A stretch of DNA of 64,000 bases, taken from positions 145,888,001 to 145,952,000 of the forward strand of contig CM059432.1 of the NCBI GenBank assembly GCA_030390025.1. Direction: 5' to 3'. How positions within the stretch are numbered: position 1 is the first letter of the stretch; each line of letters opens with the position of its first letter. Below, one piece after another: positions 25,101 through 37,437 of the stretch. The notes below the pieces were generated by a model. It was given only the letters and a program-made list of their open reading frames with translations. It was not told the origin of the DNA and searched no databases. This DNA comes from Squalus acanthias. Its lineage: Eukaryota. The translations under genes and the position numbers were made by a program.

Positions 25101-26005
25101 GGGGCAGAATTTGCAGTTGGTATGATGGCGTACTCTCAGTACGTCGTCATACCGCCTTTGAAATTGACTTCAAGTTCAAGACTTCCGCATGCGCTAAATC
25201 CCGAAATTGTGATCTGTCAAGTTCTGACTTGACAGATCATCTGCTGCGACTGTGAAATATCCTCATTGCTGGCGCAGAGTTGGGCTAATTGCCCACCAAC
25301 TGCCCAGCAATTACGCAGGACAATTTTACGGCTGGTGCAAACAGGCGCAGGAGCCTGTTTGCACACCATAAGGGGAGGGGAGACAGCTGTCCATACGGTT
25401 TTAATATTCAACATAGCTTTCTTTGTATTGCCATACAAATACTGCCATTACTTTGTATTGTTCTCACTCTGCTGTCCATCAGTCTGATTACGAATTATTC
25501 CCAGCAACCAGACTTTTGCATAATAAAGTAATTGGATATTGCTGAAACAAGATTTGCTGCCTAATATTTCTTTGCCGTACCTCACTTTGAATAATTGTTT
25601 TTATTCATTTCACTATGCAAGTAAAACTGGACAGACCCTCGAAAAGTGATCAGTGTTTATTTTACAAAAAATATTCCTTGCCAATTTAGCTTGAGTGTTC
25701 ATTATTATTTACAGTGAGAGTGATAAGTCATGAATTCAAATCAATATTCACAAGGTTTAATTTAAAATTTGATTCCTGTCGGGCATCGGAGATTTGTGTT
25801 TCCTGATTGGCGCACCGCCCCACGTTATCCCAGGTACGCTTACACACATGGTGCGCCCCTGGGATCCATGGGCCACTACGCTGCGCACAACTCCGCAGCT
25901 AAAAAACGCAAGTTTTCTAAGGGGACCTCGCACCAGGTAAGGGTGGATTTCTTTGAGGTTGGCAGCTGAATCCTTAGTTACGACGCCAACCGCAATTTCA
26001 GGGTC
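25101..26005. mobile_element. Harbinger-type MITE (older), GC-rich ends and AT-rich core
   Basis: Imperfect 20-bp TIR GGGGCAGAATTTGCAGTTGG vs reverse complement GACCCTGAAATTGCGGTTGG; flanks TTG/TTT. Confidence 0.55.
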
Positions 26006-26282
26006 TTTATATCATTTGGCTAAACAAGCAACACCGTACCAAAACCCACATTATACAACAATTAGTGGAAAACAGGGGATGATTGCTGACAGCAATCTAA
26101 ATCAGATCCTCAAATAACACCAGATACTGTCAAATCTTAGATTATAACCTAAACCACAAGGTTAAAATATTGCCTTCAAGTTACAGAATATTTTTAAATT
26201 TAGTATTTATAACTAATAGTTTATATGGGCTTTTCAAACTTGGGTGTAGTTTAGATTCTATGCTCTCAGTAACTATCGATGT

Positions 26283-26760
26283 CTGACCCTTCTCTCTCTA
26301 ATCCCACAGTTTGACCCTCCTCCCTCTAATCCCACACCCAGACCCTCCTCTCTCTAATCCCACAGCCAGACCCTTCTCTCTCTAATCCCACAGTTTGACC
26401 CCCCCTCTCTCTAATCCCACACCCAGACCCTCCTCTCTCTAATCCCACAGCCAGACCCTTCTCTCTCTAATCCCACACCCTGACCCCTCCTCTCTCTAAT
26501 CCCACACCCTGACCCTCCTCTCTCTAATCCCACACCCAGACCCTTCTCTCTCTAATCCCACAGCCAGACCCTTCTCTCTCTAATCCCACACCCTGACCCC
26601 TCCTCTCTCTAATCCCACAGCCAGACCCTCCTCTCTCTAATCCCACAGCCAGACCCTCCTCTCTCTAATCCCACAGCCAGACCCTCCTCTCTCTAATCCC
26701 ACAGCCAGACCCTCCTCTCTCTAATCCCACAGCCAGACCCTCCTCTCTCTAATCCCACAG
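26283..26760. repeat. 28-bp minisatellite (CAGACCCTCCTCTCTCTAATCCCACAGC)n
   Basis: Direct tandem units with period 28 (e.g. 26641/26669). Confidence 0.95.
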
Positions 26761-27498
26761 CCTTATCCCAGTTCCTGACCCCTGCCCCTAATCCCAGTTC
26801 CTGGCCCCTGCCCCTAATCCCAGTTCCTGACCCCTGCCTCTAATCCCAGTTCCTGCCCCTAATCCCAGTTCCTGCCCCCTGCCCCTAATCCCAGTTCCTG
26901 CCCTGCCCCTAATCCCAGTTCCTGCCCCCTGCCCCTAATCCCAGAGCCTGACCCCAGCCCCTAATCCCAGTTCCTGCCCCTAATCCCAGAGCCTGACCCC
27001 AGAACCCAGCCCCTAATCCCAGTTCCCATCCCTAATCCCAGTTCCTGACCCCTGCCCCTAATCCCAGTTCCTGACCCCTGCCCCTAATCCCAGTTCCTGA
27101 TCCCAGTTCCTGCCCCCTGCCCCTAATCCCAGTTCCTGACCCCTGCCCCTAATCCCAGTGTCTGACCCCTGCCCCTAATCCCAGTTCCTGACCCCTGCCC
27201 CTAATCCCAGTTCCTGATCCCAGTTCCTGCCCCCTGCCCCTAATCCCAGTTCCTGACCCCTGCCCCTAATCCCAGTTCCTGACCCCTGCCCCTAATCCCA
27301 GTTCCTGACCCCTGCCCCTAATCCCAGTTCCTGATCCCAGTTCCTGCCCCCTGCCCCTAATCCCAGTTCCTGACCCCTGCCCCTAATCCCAGTTCCTGAC
27401 CCCCTGCCCCTAATCCCAGTTCCTGACCCCCTGCCCCTAATCCCAGTTCCTGACCCCTGCCCCTAATCCCAGAGTCTGACCCCAGCCCCTAATCCCAG
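26761..27498. repeat. 26-bp minisatellite (TAATCCCAGTTCCTGACCCCTGCCCC)n at the start of AVL9 intron 1
   Basis: Period 26 (27241/27267); the minus strand has repeated GGG/GGGG tracts. Confidence 0.95.
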
Positions 27499-27526
27499 GG
27501 CCCTCTGCTGCTGCTGTCCCGCTCAC

Positions 27527-27607
27527 CTGGCAACCTTTCTTGTGGTGGAAGCCGACCACGGCGATGTGCAGCACGGGCCCGGCCTCCGCCTCGGCGCGCG
27601 GCTCCAT
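27527..27607 (-). CDS. AVL9: Late secretory pathway protein AVL9 homolog, coding exon 1 (27 codons)
   Basis: MEPRAEAEAGPVLHIAVVGFHHKKGCQ matches the recalled AVL9 N-terminus (GPVLHIVVVGFHHKKGCQ|VEFSYP); Kozak-like AGGATGG; phase-0 donor CAG|GTGAGC at 27526. Confidence 0.92.
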
Positions 27608-27790
27608 CCTCAACCCGGGCTCGAGCTGCGCTTTACCGCGCACGCGCGCACTTCCGCCTCCACCAAAACAGCCAGCAGCACGTGATTAACGTCATCACGC
27701 ACAGAACGTTCCGCCAGCACCTGACGTCACCGCTATCCTTCTGCGGGTGAGAAGGAGGGGCCAGCGCATGCGCTTAAGCAGCGAGTCGTT
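27608..27790. promoter_or_regulatory. CpG-rich TATA-less AVL9 promoter/5' UTR with ETS, E-box, CRE and NRF1 motifs
   Basis: ACTTCCG (27650-27656), CACGTG (27679-27684), half-CRE ACGTCA (~27689), TGACGTCA (27722-27729), GCGCATGCGC (27764-27773). Confidence 0.8.
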
Positions 27791-27807
27791 CCATACAATT
27801 CCTGGAG

Positions 27808-30800
27808 TGTTAGGGTCAGTGCGATGGTGTAATTGTGTCAGTGTCAGTGTGTCAGTGTCAGTGTGTTAGGGTCAATGTGATAGGGTCAGTGTGATAGGGT
27901 CAGTGTGAAAGGGTCAGTGTGTTGGTGTCAGTGCGATGGTGTCAGTGCGATGGTGTCAGTGCGATAGGGTCAGTGTGTTAGGGTCAGTGCGATGGTGTAA
28001 TTGTGTCAGTGTCAGTGTGTCAGTGTCAGTGTGTTAGGGTCAATGTGATAGGGTCAGTGTGATAGGGTCAGTGTGAAAGGGTCAGTGTGTTGGTGTCAGT
28101 GTGATAGGGTCAGTGTGATAGGGTCAGTGTGTTGGTGTCAGTGCGATGGTGTCAGTGCGATAGGGTCAGTGTGTTAGGGTCAGTGTGATAGGGTCAGTGT
28201 GTTAGGGTCAGTGTGTTAGGGTCAGTGTGTTAGTGTCAGTGTGTTAGTGTCAGTGCGATGGTGTCAGTGCGATAGGGTCAGTGTGTTAGTGTCAGTGTGA
28301 TAGGGTCAGTGTGTTAGTAGTGTCAGTGTGATAGGGTCAGTGTGATAGGGTCAGTGTGTTAGTGTCAGTGTGTTGGGGTCAATGTGTTGGGGTCAGTGTG
28401 TTAGTGTCAGTGTGTTAGTGTCAGTGTGATAGGGTCAGTGTGTTAGGGTCAGTGTGATAGGGTCAGTGTGATAGGGTCAGTGCGATGGTGTCAGTGTGAT
28501 ACGGTCAGTGTGATAGTGTCAGTGTGTTAGTGTCAGTGTGTTAGGGTCAGTGTGTTGGGTCAGTGGTTAGGGGTCAGTGTGATAGTGGTCAGTGTGATAG
28601 GGTCAGTGTGTTAGGGTCAGTGTGATAGTGTCAATGTGATAGGGTCAGTGCGATGGTGTCAGTGTGTTAGTGTCAATGTGATAGGGTCAGTGTGATAGGG
28701 TCAGTGTGTTAGTGTCAGTGTGTTAGTGTCATTGTGATAGTGTAAGTGTGTTAGTGTCAGTGTGATAGGGTCAGTGTGATAGGGTCAGTGTGTTAGTGTC
28801 AGTGTGATAGGGTCAGTGTGATAGTGTCAGTGTGTTAGTGTCAGTGTGATAGGGTCAGTGTGTTAGTGTCAGTGTGATAGGGTCAGTGTGATAGTGTCAG
28901 TGTGATAGGGTCAGTGTGTTAGTGTGATAGGGTCAGTGTGATAGGGTCAGTGTGTTAGGGTCAGTGTGATAGTGTCAGTGTGATAGGGTCAGTGTGTTAG
29001 TGTCAGTGTGTTAGTGTCAGTGTGTTAGTGTCAGTGTGTTAGGGTCAGTGTGATAGGGTCAGTGTGTTAGTGTCAGTGTGATAGTGTCAGTGTGATAGGG
29101 TCAGTGTGATAGGGTCAGTGTGTTAGTGTCAGTGTGATAGGGTCAGTGTGTTAGTGTCAGTGTGTTAGGGTCAGTGTGATAGGGTCAGTGTGTTAGTGTC
29201 AGTGTGATAGGGTCAGTGTGATAGGGTCAGTGTGTTAGTGTCAGTGTGATAGGGTCAGTGTGTTAGTGTCAGTGTGATAGGGTCAGTGTGTTAGTGTCAG
29301 TGTGTTAGTGTCAGTGTGATAGGGTCAGTGTGTTAGTGTCAGTGTGTTAGGGTCAGTGTGTTAGTGTCAGTGTGTTAGGGTCAGTGTGATAGGGTCAGTG
29401 TGTTAGTGTCAGTGTGATAGGGTCAGTGTGTAGGGTCAGTGTGTTGGGTCAGTGTGTTAGTGTCAGTGTGATAGTGTCAGTGTGATAGGGTCAGTGTGTT
29501 AGTGTCAGTGTGATAGTGTCAGTGTGTTAGTGTCAGTGTGTTAGTGTCAGTGTGATAGGGTCAGTGTGTTAGGGTCAGTGTGTTAGTGTCAGTGTGATAG
29601 TGTCAGTGTGATAGGGTCCGTGTGTTAGTTGCAGTGTGATAGGGTCAGTGTGTTAGGGTCAGTGTGTTAGTGTCAGTGTGTGAGTGTCAGTGTGTTAGTG
29701 TCAATGTGATAGGGTCAGTGTGTTAGTGTCAATGTGATAGGGTCAGTGTGTTAGTGTCAGTGTGTTAGTGTCAGTGTGTTAGTGTCAGTGTGATAGGGTC
29801 AGTGTGTTAGTGTCAGTGTGTTAGTGTCAGTGTGATAGTGTCAGTGTGTTAGTGTCAATGTGATAGGGTCAGTGTGATAGGGTCAGTGTGTTAGTGTCAG
29901 TGTGATAGGGTCAGTGTGTTAGTGTCAGTGCGATAGGGTCAGTGCGATAGGGTCAGTGCGATAGGGTCAGTGCGTTAGTGTCAGTGTGATAGGGTCAGTG
30001 CGATAGGGTCAGTGCGATAGGGTCAGTGTGTTGGGGTCAGTTCGATGGTGTCAGTGTGATAGGGTCAGTGTGTTAGTGTCAGTGTGATAGGGTCAGTGTG
30101 TTAGTGTCAGTGTGTTAGTGTCAATGTGATAGGGTTAGTGTGATAGGGTCAGTGTGTTAGTGTCAATGTGTTGGGGTCAGTGTGTTAGTGTCAGTGTGAC
30201 AGGGTAAGTGTGTTAGTGTCAGTGTGATAGGGTCAGTGTGTTAGTGTCAGTGTGTTAGTCTCAATGTGATACGGTCAGTGTGATAGGGTCAGTGTGTTAG
30301 TGTCAGTGTGTTGGGGTCAGTGTGATAGGGTCAGTGTGTTAGGGTCAGTGTGTTAGGGTCAGTGTGATAGGGTCAGTGCGATGGTGTCAGTGTGATACGG
30401 TCAGTGTGATACGGTCAGTGTGATAGGGTCAGTGTGTTAGGGTCAGTGTGTTAGTGTCCGTGTTGGTGTCAATGTGATAGGGTCAGTGTGTTAGTGTCAG
30501 TGTGTTAGTGTCAATGTGATAGGGTCAGTGTGTTAGGGTCAGTGTGTTAGTGTCAGTGTGTTAGGGTCAGTGTGTTAGTGTCAGTGTGTTAGTGTCAGTG
30601 TGATAGGGTCAGTGTGTTAGTGTCAGTGTGTTAGTGTCAGTGTGTTAGGGTCAGTGTGTTAGTGTCAATGTGATAGGGTCAGTGTGTTAGTGTCAGTGTG
30701 TTAGTGTCAGTGTGATAGTGTCAGTGTGTTAGTGTCAATGTGATAGGGTCAGTGTGTTAGTGTCAGTGTGTTAGTGTCAGTGTGATAGGGTCAGTGTGAT

Positions 30801-32230
30801 AGGGTCAGTGCGATAGGGTCAGTGCGATATGGTCAGTGTGATAGGGTCAGTGCGATGGTGTCAGTGTGATAGGGTCAGTGTGATAGGGTTTGTGTGTTAG
30901 TGTCAGTGTGATAGGGTCAGTGTGTTAGTGTCAATGTGATAGGGTCAGTGTGATAGGGTCAGTGTGTTAGTGTCAGTGTGATAGGGTCAGTGTGTTAGTG
31001 TCAATGTGATAGGGTCAGTGTGATAGGGTCAGTGTGATAGGGTCAGTGTGTTGGGGTCAGTGCGATAGGGTCAGTGCGATAGGGTCAGTGCGATGGTGTC
31101 AGTGTGATAGGGTCAGTGTGTTAGTGTCAGTGTGATAGGGTCAGTGTGTTAGTGTCAATGTGATAGGGTCAGTGTGATAGGGTCAGTGTGTTAGTGTCAG
31201 TGTGTTGGGGTCAGTGTGATAGTGTCAGTGTGATAGGGTCAGTGTGTTAGTGTCAGTGTGTTAGTGTCAGTGTGATAGGGTCAGTGTGTTAGTGTCAGTG
31301 TGTTAGTGTCAGTGTGATAGGGTCAGTTCGATGGTGTCAGTGTGATAGGGTCAATGTGTTAGTGTCGGTGTGATAGGGTCAGTGTGTTAGTGTCAGTGTG
31401 ATAGTGTCAGTGTGATAGGGTCAGTGTGATAGGGTCAGTGTGTTAGTGTCAGTGTGTTAGTGTCAATGTGATAGGGTCAGTGTGATAGGGTCAGTGTGTT
31501 AGTGTCAGTGTGTTAGTGTCAATGTGATAGGGTCAGTGTGATAGGGTCAGTGTGTTAGTGTCAGTGTGTTGGGGTCAGTGTGATAGGGTCATTGTGATAG
31601 GGTCAGTGTGATAGGGTCAGTGTGATAGGGTCAGTGTGTTAGTGTCAGTGTGATAGGGTCAATGTGTTAGGGTCAGTGTGATAGGGTCAGTGCGATGGTG
31701 TCAGTGTGATAGGGTCAGTGCGATGGTGTCAGTGTGATAGGGTCAATGTGTTGGGGTCAGTGTGTTAGTGTCAATGTGATAGGGTCAATGTGATAGGGTC
31801 AGTGTGATAGGGTCAGTGTGTTGGGGTCAGTGTGTTGGGGTCAGTGTGATGGTGTCAGTGTGATAGGGTCAGAGTGTTAGTGTCAATGTGTTATGGTCAG
31901 TGTGATAGGGTCAGTGTGATGGTGTCAGAGTGTTAGGGTCAGAGTGTTAGGGTCAGAGTGTTAGGGTCAGAGTGTTAGGGTCAGAGTGTTAGGGTCAGAG
32001 TGTTAGTGTCAGTTTGATATTGTCAGTGTCTTAATGTCTGTGTTGGGGTCAGTGTGTTAGGGTCAGTGTGTTGGACAGTGTGTTGGGGTCAGAGTGTTAG
32101 GGTCAGTGTGAAATTGTCAGTGTCTTAATGTCAATGTGATAGTGTCAGTGTGATGGTGTTAGTGTCAGTGTGTTAGTGTCACTGTGATAATGTCGATGTG
32201 TTAGTGTCGATGTGTTAGTGTCGTTGTCAG
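27808..32230. repeat. ~4.4-kb 14-bp satellite (GGTCAGTGTGATAG / TGTCAGTGTGTTAG variants)
   Basis: Roughly 300 tandem 14-mers with interspersed variants; degenerates after ~32000. Confidence 0.97.
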
Positions 32231-32254
32231 AATAGATGGGGTTGAAAGTACGTG

Positions 32255-32961
32255 CTGTCGACAGAGAGGGGAGGGTAGGAGAACACGGTGTCAGTGGAGT
32301 GGGAGGGGAGGGGAACACGGTGTCGGGAGAGGGAGCAGAGGAGAAAATGGTGTCAACAGAGGAGAGGGAGGGGAGGAGAACACAGTGTCAGCGGAGAAGG
32401 TGGTGAGGAGAACACATTGCCAGTGGAGAGGAGATGGAGGGGAGGAGAACACGGTGTCAGATAAGAAGCCGTTGCGGAGAACAGGGTATCACAGTGAGTA
32501 GTGGGAGGGTAGGAGAACACGGTGTCAGTGGAGTGGAAAGGGAGGGGAACACGGTGTCAGTGGAGTGGGAGGGGAGGGGAACACGGTGTCAGTGGGAGGG
32601 GAAGGGAACACGGTGTCAGTGGAGTGGGAGGGGAGGGGAACACGGTGTCAGTGGGAGGGGAGGGGAGGGGAACACGGTGTCAGTGGAGTGGGAGGGGAGG
32701 GGAACACGGTGTCAGTGAAGTGGGAGGGGAGGGGAACACGGTGTCAGTGAAGTGGGAGGGGAGGGGAACACGGTGTCAGTGGAGTGGGAGGGGAGGGGAA
32801 CACGGTGTCAGTGGAGTGGGAGGGGAGGGGAACACGGTGTCAGTGGAGTGGGAGGGGAGGGGAACACAGGTGTCAGTGAAGTGGGAGGGGAAGAGAACAT
32901 GGTGTCAGCAGAGAGGGAGTAGAGGAAAATACATTATCTACGGAGAGGAGAGAAGAACACG
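32255..32961. repeat. ~32-bp G-rich minisatellite (GGAACACGGTGTCAGTGGAGTGGGAGGGGAGG)n, block 1
   Basis: Period 32 (32701/32733); the same family resumes at 37141 and 40653. Confidence 0.92.
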
Positions 32962-35900
32962 GTATCGTGGTCCATGTAGGAACCTATGACATAGGTAGAA
33001 CTATAATGAGGTTCTGCTGAGAGAGTTTGAGGAGCTAAGGTCGAAATTAAAACGCAGAACCTCACAGGTAATAATCTCTGGATTGTTACCTGAGCCACGC
33101 GCAAATTGGCATAGGGATAAACAGATTAGAAGTTTAAATGCGTGGCTCAAAGAGTGGTGTGGGAGGAAGGGGTTTCAATTCATGCGGCACTGGCACCAGA
33201 ACTGGGTGAAGAAGGAGCTGTTCCGTGTGGGCAGGCTCCACTTAAACCGGGCTGGAACCAGTGTCCCGGCGAATCGAATAACTAGGGCGGTAGATAGGGC
33301 TTTAAACTAATGAAGAAGGGGTGGGAGGATTCAGGAAAGGGTAAATTCAAAGGCAGTAAGAGAAATGTCAAGGCTGTAGAGCAGAGTAGTGATCTGGGTA
33401 AAGATAAGCAGAGTGTGTCAGGAAGGGACAGAAAGATTAATAAAGGTAATAGGGCATCACTGACTGAAGTGACATCAGGGAAAAATAGAAAAAGGTTAAA
33501 GCTAAAGGTACTATATCTGAATGCACGAAGCATTCGCAACAAAATAGATGAATTAATAGCACAGATAGAAATAAATGGGTTTCATTTAATAGCCATTACA
33601 GAGACGTGGTTGCAGAGTGACCAAGGTTGGGAACTAAATATTCCAGGATATTTGACTTTTAGAAGAGACAGGCAGAATGGAAAAGGAGGAGTGGTAGCCC
33701 TGATAATAAAGGAGGGAATAAAGACAGTAGAGAGAAAGGATCTTGGCTTGGAAAAACAAAATGTAGAATCAATTTGGGTGGAGCTAAGAAACAACAAGGG
33801 GCAGAAAACACTAGTGGGAGTAGTCTATAGGCCCTCTAATAGTGGTTGTAGTGTCGGGCAGATTATAAATCAGGAAATTAGAGATACATGTAACAAGGGT
33901 AATACAGTAATCATAGGGGACTTTAATTTTCATATCGTCTGGGCAAACCAAATTTGCAGAAATGGTGCAGAGGTGGAGTTCATGGAATGCATTCAAGATA
34001 GTTTTCTAGATCAGTATGTCAAGCAACCTATGAGGGAATTGGTTATTTTAGATCTAGTACTATGCAATGAGACAGAGTTAATTAATAACCTTGTAGTAAA
34101 GGAGCCTCTGGGGAGCAGTGATCATAATGGGCCAAAAATTCATCCCGGTGCGCGAGAGTACGCACTGCGTACTCTCGCGTATTCCCTCTGCAATTGCCGG
34201 TTTTCTGCATGCCCTGCGCATGCGCTGAAAACCGGCAATTGCTCTTTTGAAAAGGGGGCGGTTCCTCGGTGCATCGCGTGCGCGCTACAGGCTGCGCGCA
34301 CGCTGTGCACTTCATGCTTTGGACGCGCAGGAAAGTACTGAAGATTTTAGAAATGGAAAAAGGAGGAGTAAGACCCACTTTTAACAAGGTAAGTAGTGAA
34401 TTAAGTATTTTTTTGAATTTTTTTTAACAGGTATATCTTTTTTAGAGACTTTAAAGACAGGTAAGTTTATTTTTATAACTTTTTAAAAGATTTTAATTTT
34501 TTTCAAAAATTTTATTTTTTATTTAAAATGGTTAATTTATTTAACTATACTTATTTTATTAATGTGATGGTTTTTTTTTTTAATTTAATTGAGGTTTAGC
34601 TGTTATTTTGGGGGGGTGTAAGATTCATAGATTTCACAGCACGTATGTGAAACTTATGAATGGAAGATGGTGTGCTGCCATTGGCTCTAACTGAGTCACG
34701 TGATCCCACAGCTCGCACGAATTCACTACGCCGGTGGGATATGCAAGCACTGCCCAGCTGATGTCTGGAACATCAAGTTCGTGCGAGCTCGGACTGAAAA
34801 AGCACAGGCGGAGTGAGAGATCGCGGGGAAGGCTTACCCCCGCGGGAACAGAGCGAGATCAATTTCTGGGCCATTATGATAGAATTTATGTTGAGATTAG
34901 AGTGATTTAGTTAACTCTGAAATTAGGGTCCTAAACCTGAACAAAGCAAACTATGTAGGTATGAAAGGCGAGTTGGCTAAGGTGGGTTGAGAAATTAGAT
35001 TAAAAGATATGACAGTAGAAAAGCAATGGCAAACATTTAAAGAAATAATTCATAATTCGCAACGAATATACATTCCCTTAAGGAATAAAAACACCACGGG
35101 AAAAATGGTCCAACCGTAGCTAACGAGAAATTCAAGATAGTATTAGATTAAAGGAAGAGGCTTATAATGAAGCCAAAAAAAGTAGTAAGCCTGAGGATTG
35201 GGAGGATTTTAGAATTCAGCAAAGGAGGACCAAGACATTGATAAAGAAAGGGAAAATAGAATATGAGAGTAAACTAGCGAGAGACATAAAAACAGACTGC
35301 AAAAGCTTCTATAGGTATGTAAAAAGGAAAAGATTAGTGAAAGTAAACATGGGTCCCTTACAGGCTGAGACAGGAGAAATAATAATGGGGAATAAGGAAA
35401 TGGCAGCAAAATTAAACAAACACTTTGTGTCTGTCTTCGCGGATAAAGACACAAAAAACTTCCCGGAAATAGTGGAGAACCAAGGGTCTACGGAGAATGA
35501 GGAACTGAAAGAAATTAATATTGGAAAACAAAATAGTACTGGAGAAATTATTGGGACTGAAAGCCGATAAATCCCCTGGACCTGATGGCCAACATCCTAG
35601 GGTTTTAAAAGATGTGACTATAGAGATAGTGGATGCATTGGTTGTCATCTTCCAAAATTCCATAGATTTTAGAACGGTTCCCGCGGATTGGAAAGTAGCA
35701 AATATAACCCCACTATTTAAGAAAGGAGGGAGAGAAAAAATGGGAAACTACAGACCAGTTAGCCTGCCATCAGTAGTAGGGAAAATGCTAGAATCTATTA
35801 TTAAGGACATGGTAACAGGGCACTTAGAAAATAATAATAGGATTGGGCAGACGGATTTATGAAAGAGAAATCATGTTTGATGAATCTGTAGAGTTTTTTG

Positions 35901-37140
35901 AGATTGTAACTAGCAGAATAGATAAGGGGGGACCAGTGGATGTGGTGTATTTGAATTTTCAGAAGGCATTCGATAAGGTGCCACACAAGAGGTTATTAAA
36001 CAAAATTAGGGCTCATGGGATTGGGGGTAATATACCAGCATGGATTGAGGATTGATTAACAGACGAAAAACAGAGAGTAGGAATAAACGGGTCATTTTCG
36101 GGTTGGCAGGTGTAACTAGTGGGGTACCGCAAGGATCAGTGCTTGGGCCTCAGCTATTCCCAATCTATATCAATGATTTGGATGAGGGGACCAAATGTAA
36201 TATATCCAAGTTTGCTGCTGATACAAAGCTAGGTGGGAATGTAAGTTGTGAGGAAGACGCAAAGAGGCTTCAAGGGGATATAGACAGGCTAAGTGAGTGG
36301 GCAAGTACATGGCAAATGGAATATAATGTGGAGAAATGTGAAGTTATCCACTTTGGTAGGAAAAATTGAAAAGTAAAGTATTTTTAAATGGTGAGAGATT
36401 GGGAAATGTAGGTGTTCAGAGGACCTGGGTGTCCTTGTACACGAATCACTGAAAGTTAACATGCTGGTACAGCAAGCAATTAGGAAAGCAAATGGTATGT
36501 TGGCCTTTATTACAAGAGGATTTGAGTATAAGAGTAAAGACGTCTTACTGCAATTATATAGGCCCTTGGTGAGACCACATCTGGAGTATTGTGTACAGTT
36601 TTGGTCTCCTTACCTAAGGAAGGGTATACTTGCCATAGAGGGAGTGCAACGAATGTTCACCAGACTGATTCCTGGGATGGGGGGATTGTCCTATGAGGAG
36701 AGATTGAGTACACCAGGCCTATATTCTCTAGAATTTAGAAGAATGAGAGGTGATCTCATTGAAACATACAACATTCTTACTGGGCTTGACAGGGTAGATG
36801 CAGGGAGGATGTTTCCCCTGGCTGGGGAGTCTAGGACCAGGGGTCACAGTTTCAGAATAACGGGTCGGCCATTTAGGACTGAGATGAGGAGAAATTTCTT
36901 CACTCAGAGGGTGGTGAATCTTTGGAATTCTCTACCCCAGAGGGTTGAGCAGGCTCAGTCGTTAAGTATATTCAAGACAGATATTGCTAGATTTTTGGAT
37001 ATAAAGGGAATCAAATGATATGGGGATAGTGCAGGAAAGTGGAGTTGAGGTAGAAGATCAGCCATGATCTTATTGAATAACGGAGCAGGCTTGATGTACC
37101 GAATGGCCTACTCCTGCTCCTATTTCTTATGTTCTTATGT
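32962..37140 (+). mobile_element. Near full-length CR1 LINE (ORF1 esterase C-terminus + ORF2 APE-RT + tail), decayed, with nested MITE
   Basis: ORF1 VVHVGTYDIG...SGLLPEPRAN..LNAWLKEWC..LHLNRAG; ORF2 from 33310 (YLNARSIRNK, AITETWL, GDFN, SDHN) and RT motifs to 37018; (TTCTTATG)n tail at ~37123-37140. Confidence 0.93.
34129..34872. mobile_element. Harbinger-type MITE (744 bp), copy 1, inserted in CR1 ORF2
   Basis: TIR GGGCCAAAAATT / AATTTCTGGGCC; 3-bp flanks AAT/ATT; removal restores CR1 SDHN-MIEF; homologous to 55920-56667. Confidence 0.88.
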
Positions 37141-37437
37141 CAGTGGAGAGGAGAGGTGGGTGGAGAACACTGTCAGTGGAGAGGAAAGGGAGGGGTGGAG
37201 AACACGGTGTCAGTGGAGAGGGAGGGGTGGAGAACACAGTGTCATTGGAGAGGAGAGGGGGTGGAGAACACAGTGTCATTGGAGAGGAGAGGGGGTGGAG
37301 AACACAGTGTCAGTGGAGAGGAGAGGGGGGTGGAGAACAAATTCATTGGAGAGGAGGGGGGTGGAGAACACTGTCAGTGGAGAGGAGAGGGGGTGGAGAA
37401 CACTGTCATTGGAGAGGAGAGGTGGGTGGAGAACACA
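37141..37437. repeat. G-rich GAACACAGTGTCAGTGGAGAGGAGAGG minisatellite, block 2
   Basis: Same unit family as 32255-32961. Confidence 0.9.

Noticed and set aside
1..27526. Downstream AVL9 exons (expected VEFSYPPL...WKYLPFLALPDGAH)
   Set aside because: Not recognised in any unique minus-strand island by eye; probably beyond the left edge of the window.
27437..27643. 68-aa ORF taken as a complete protein
   Set aside because: Only 27607-27527 is AVL9 exon 1. The rest is upstream sequence from a non-ATG start and read-through past the splice donor into the minisatellite.
27808..32230. CRISPR array or telomeric array
   Set aside because: No unique spacers and no cas genes in a eukaryotic context; TTAGGG occurs only as part of some 14-mer variants.
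33310..34341. 343-aa endonuclease ORF with a novel Cys-rich C-terminus
   Set aside because: The C-terminus is read-through from CR1 ORF2 into the MITE inserted at 34129.
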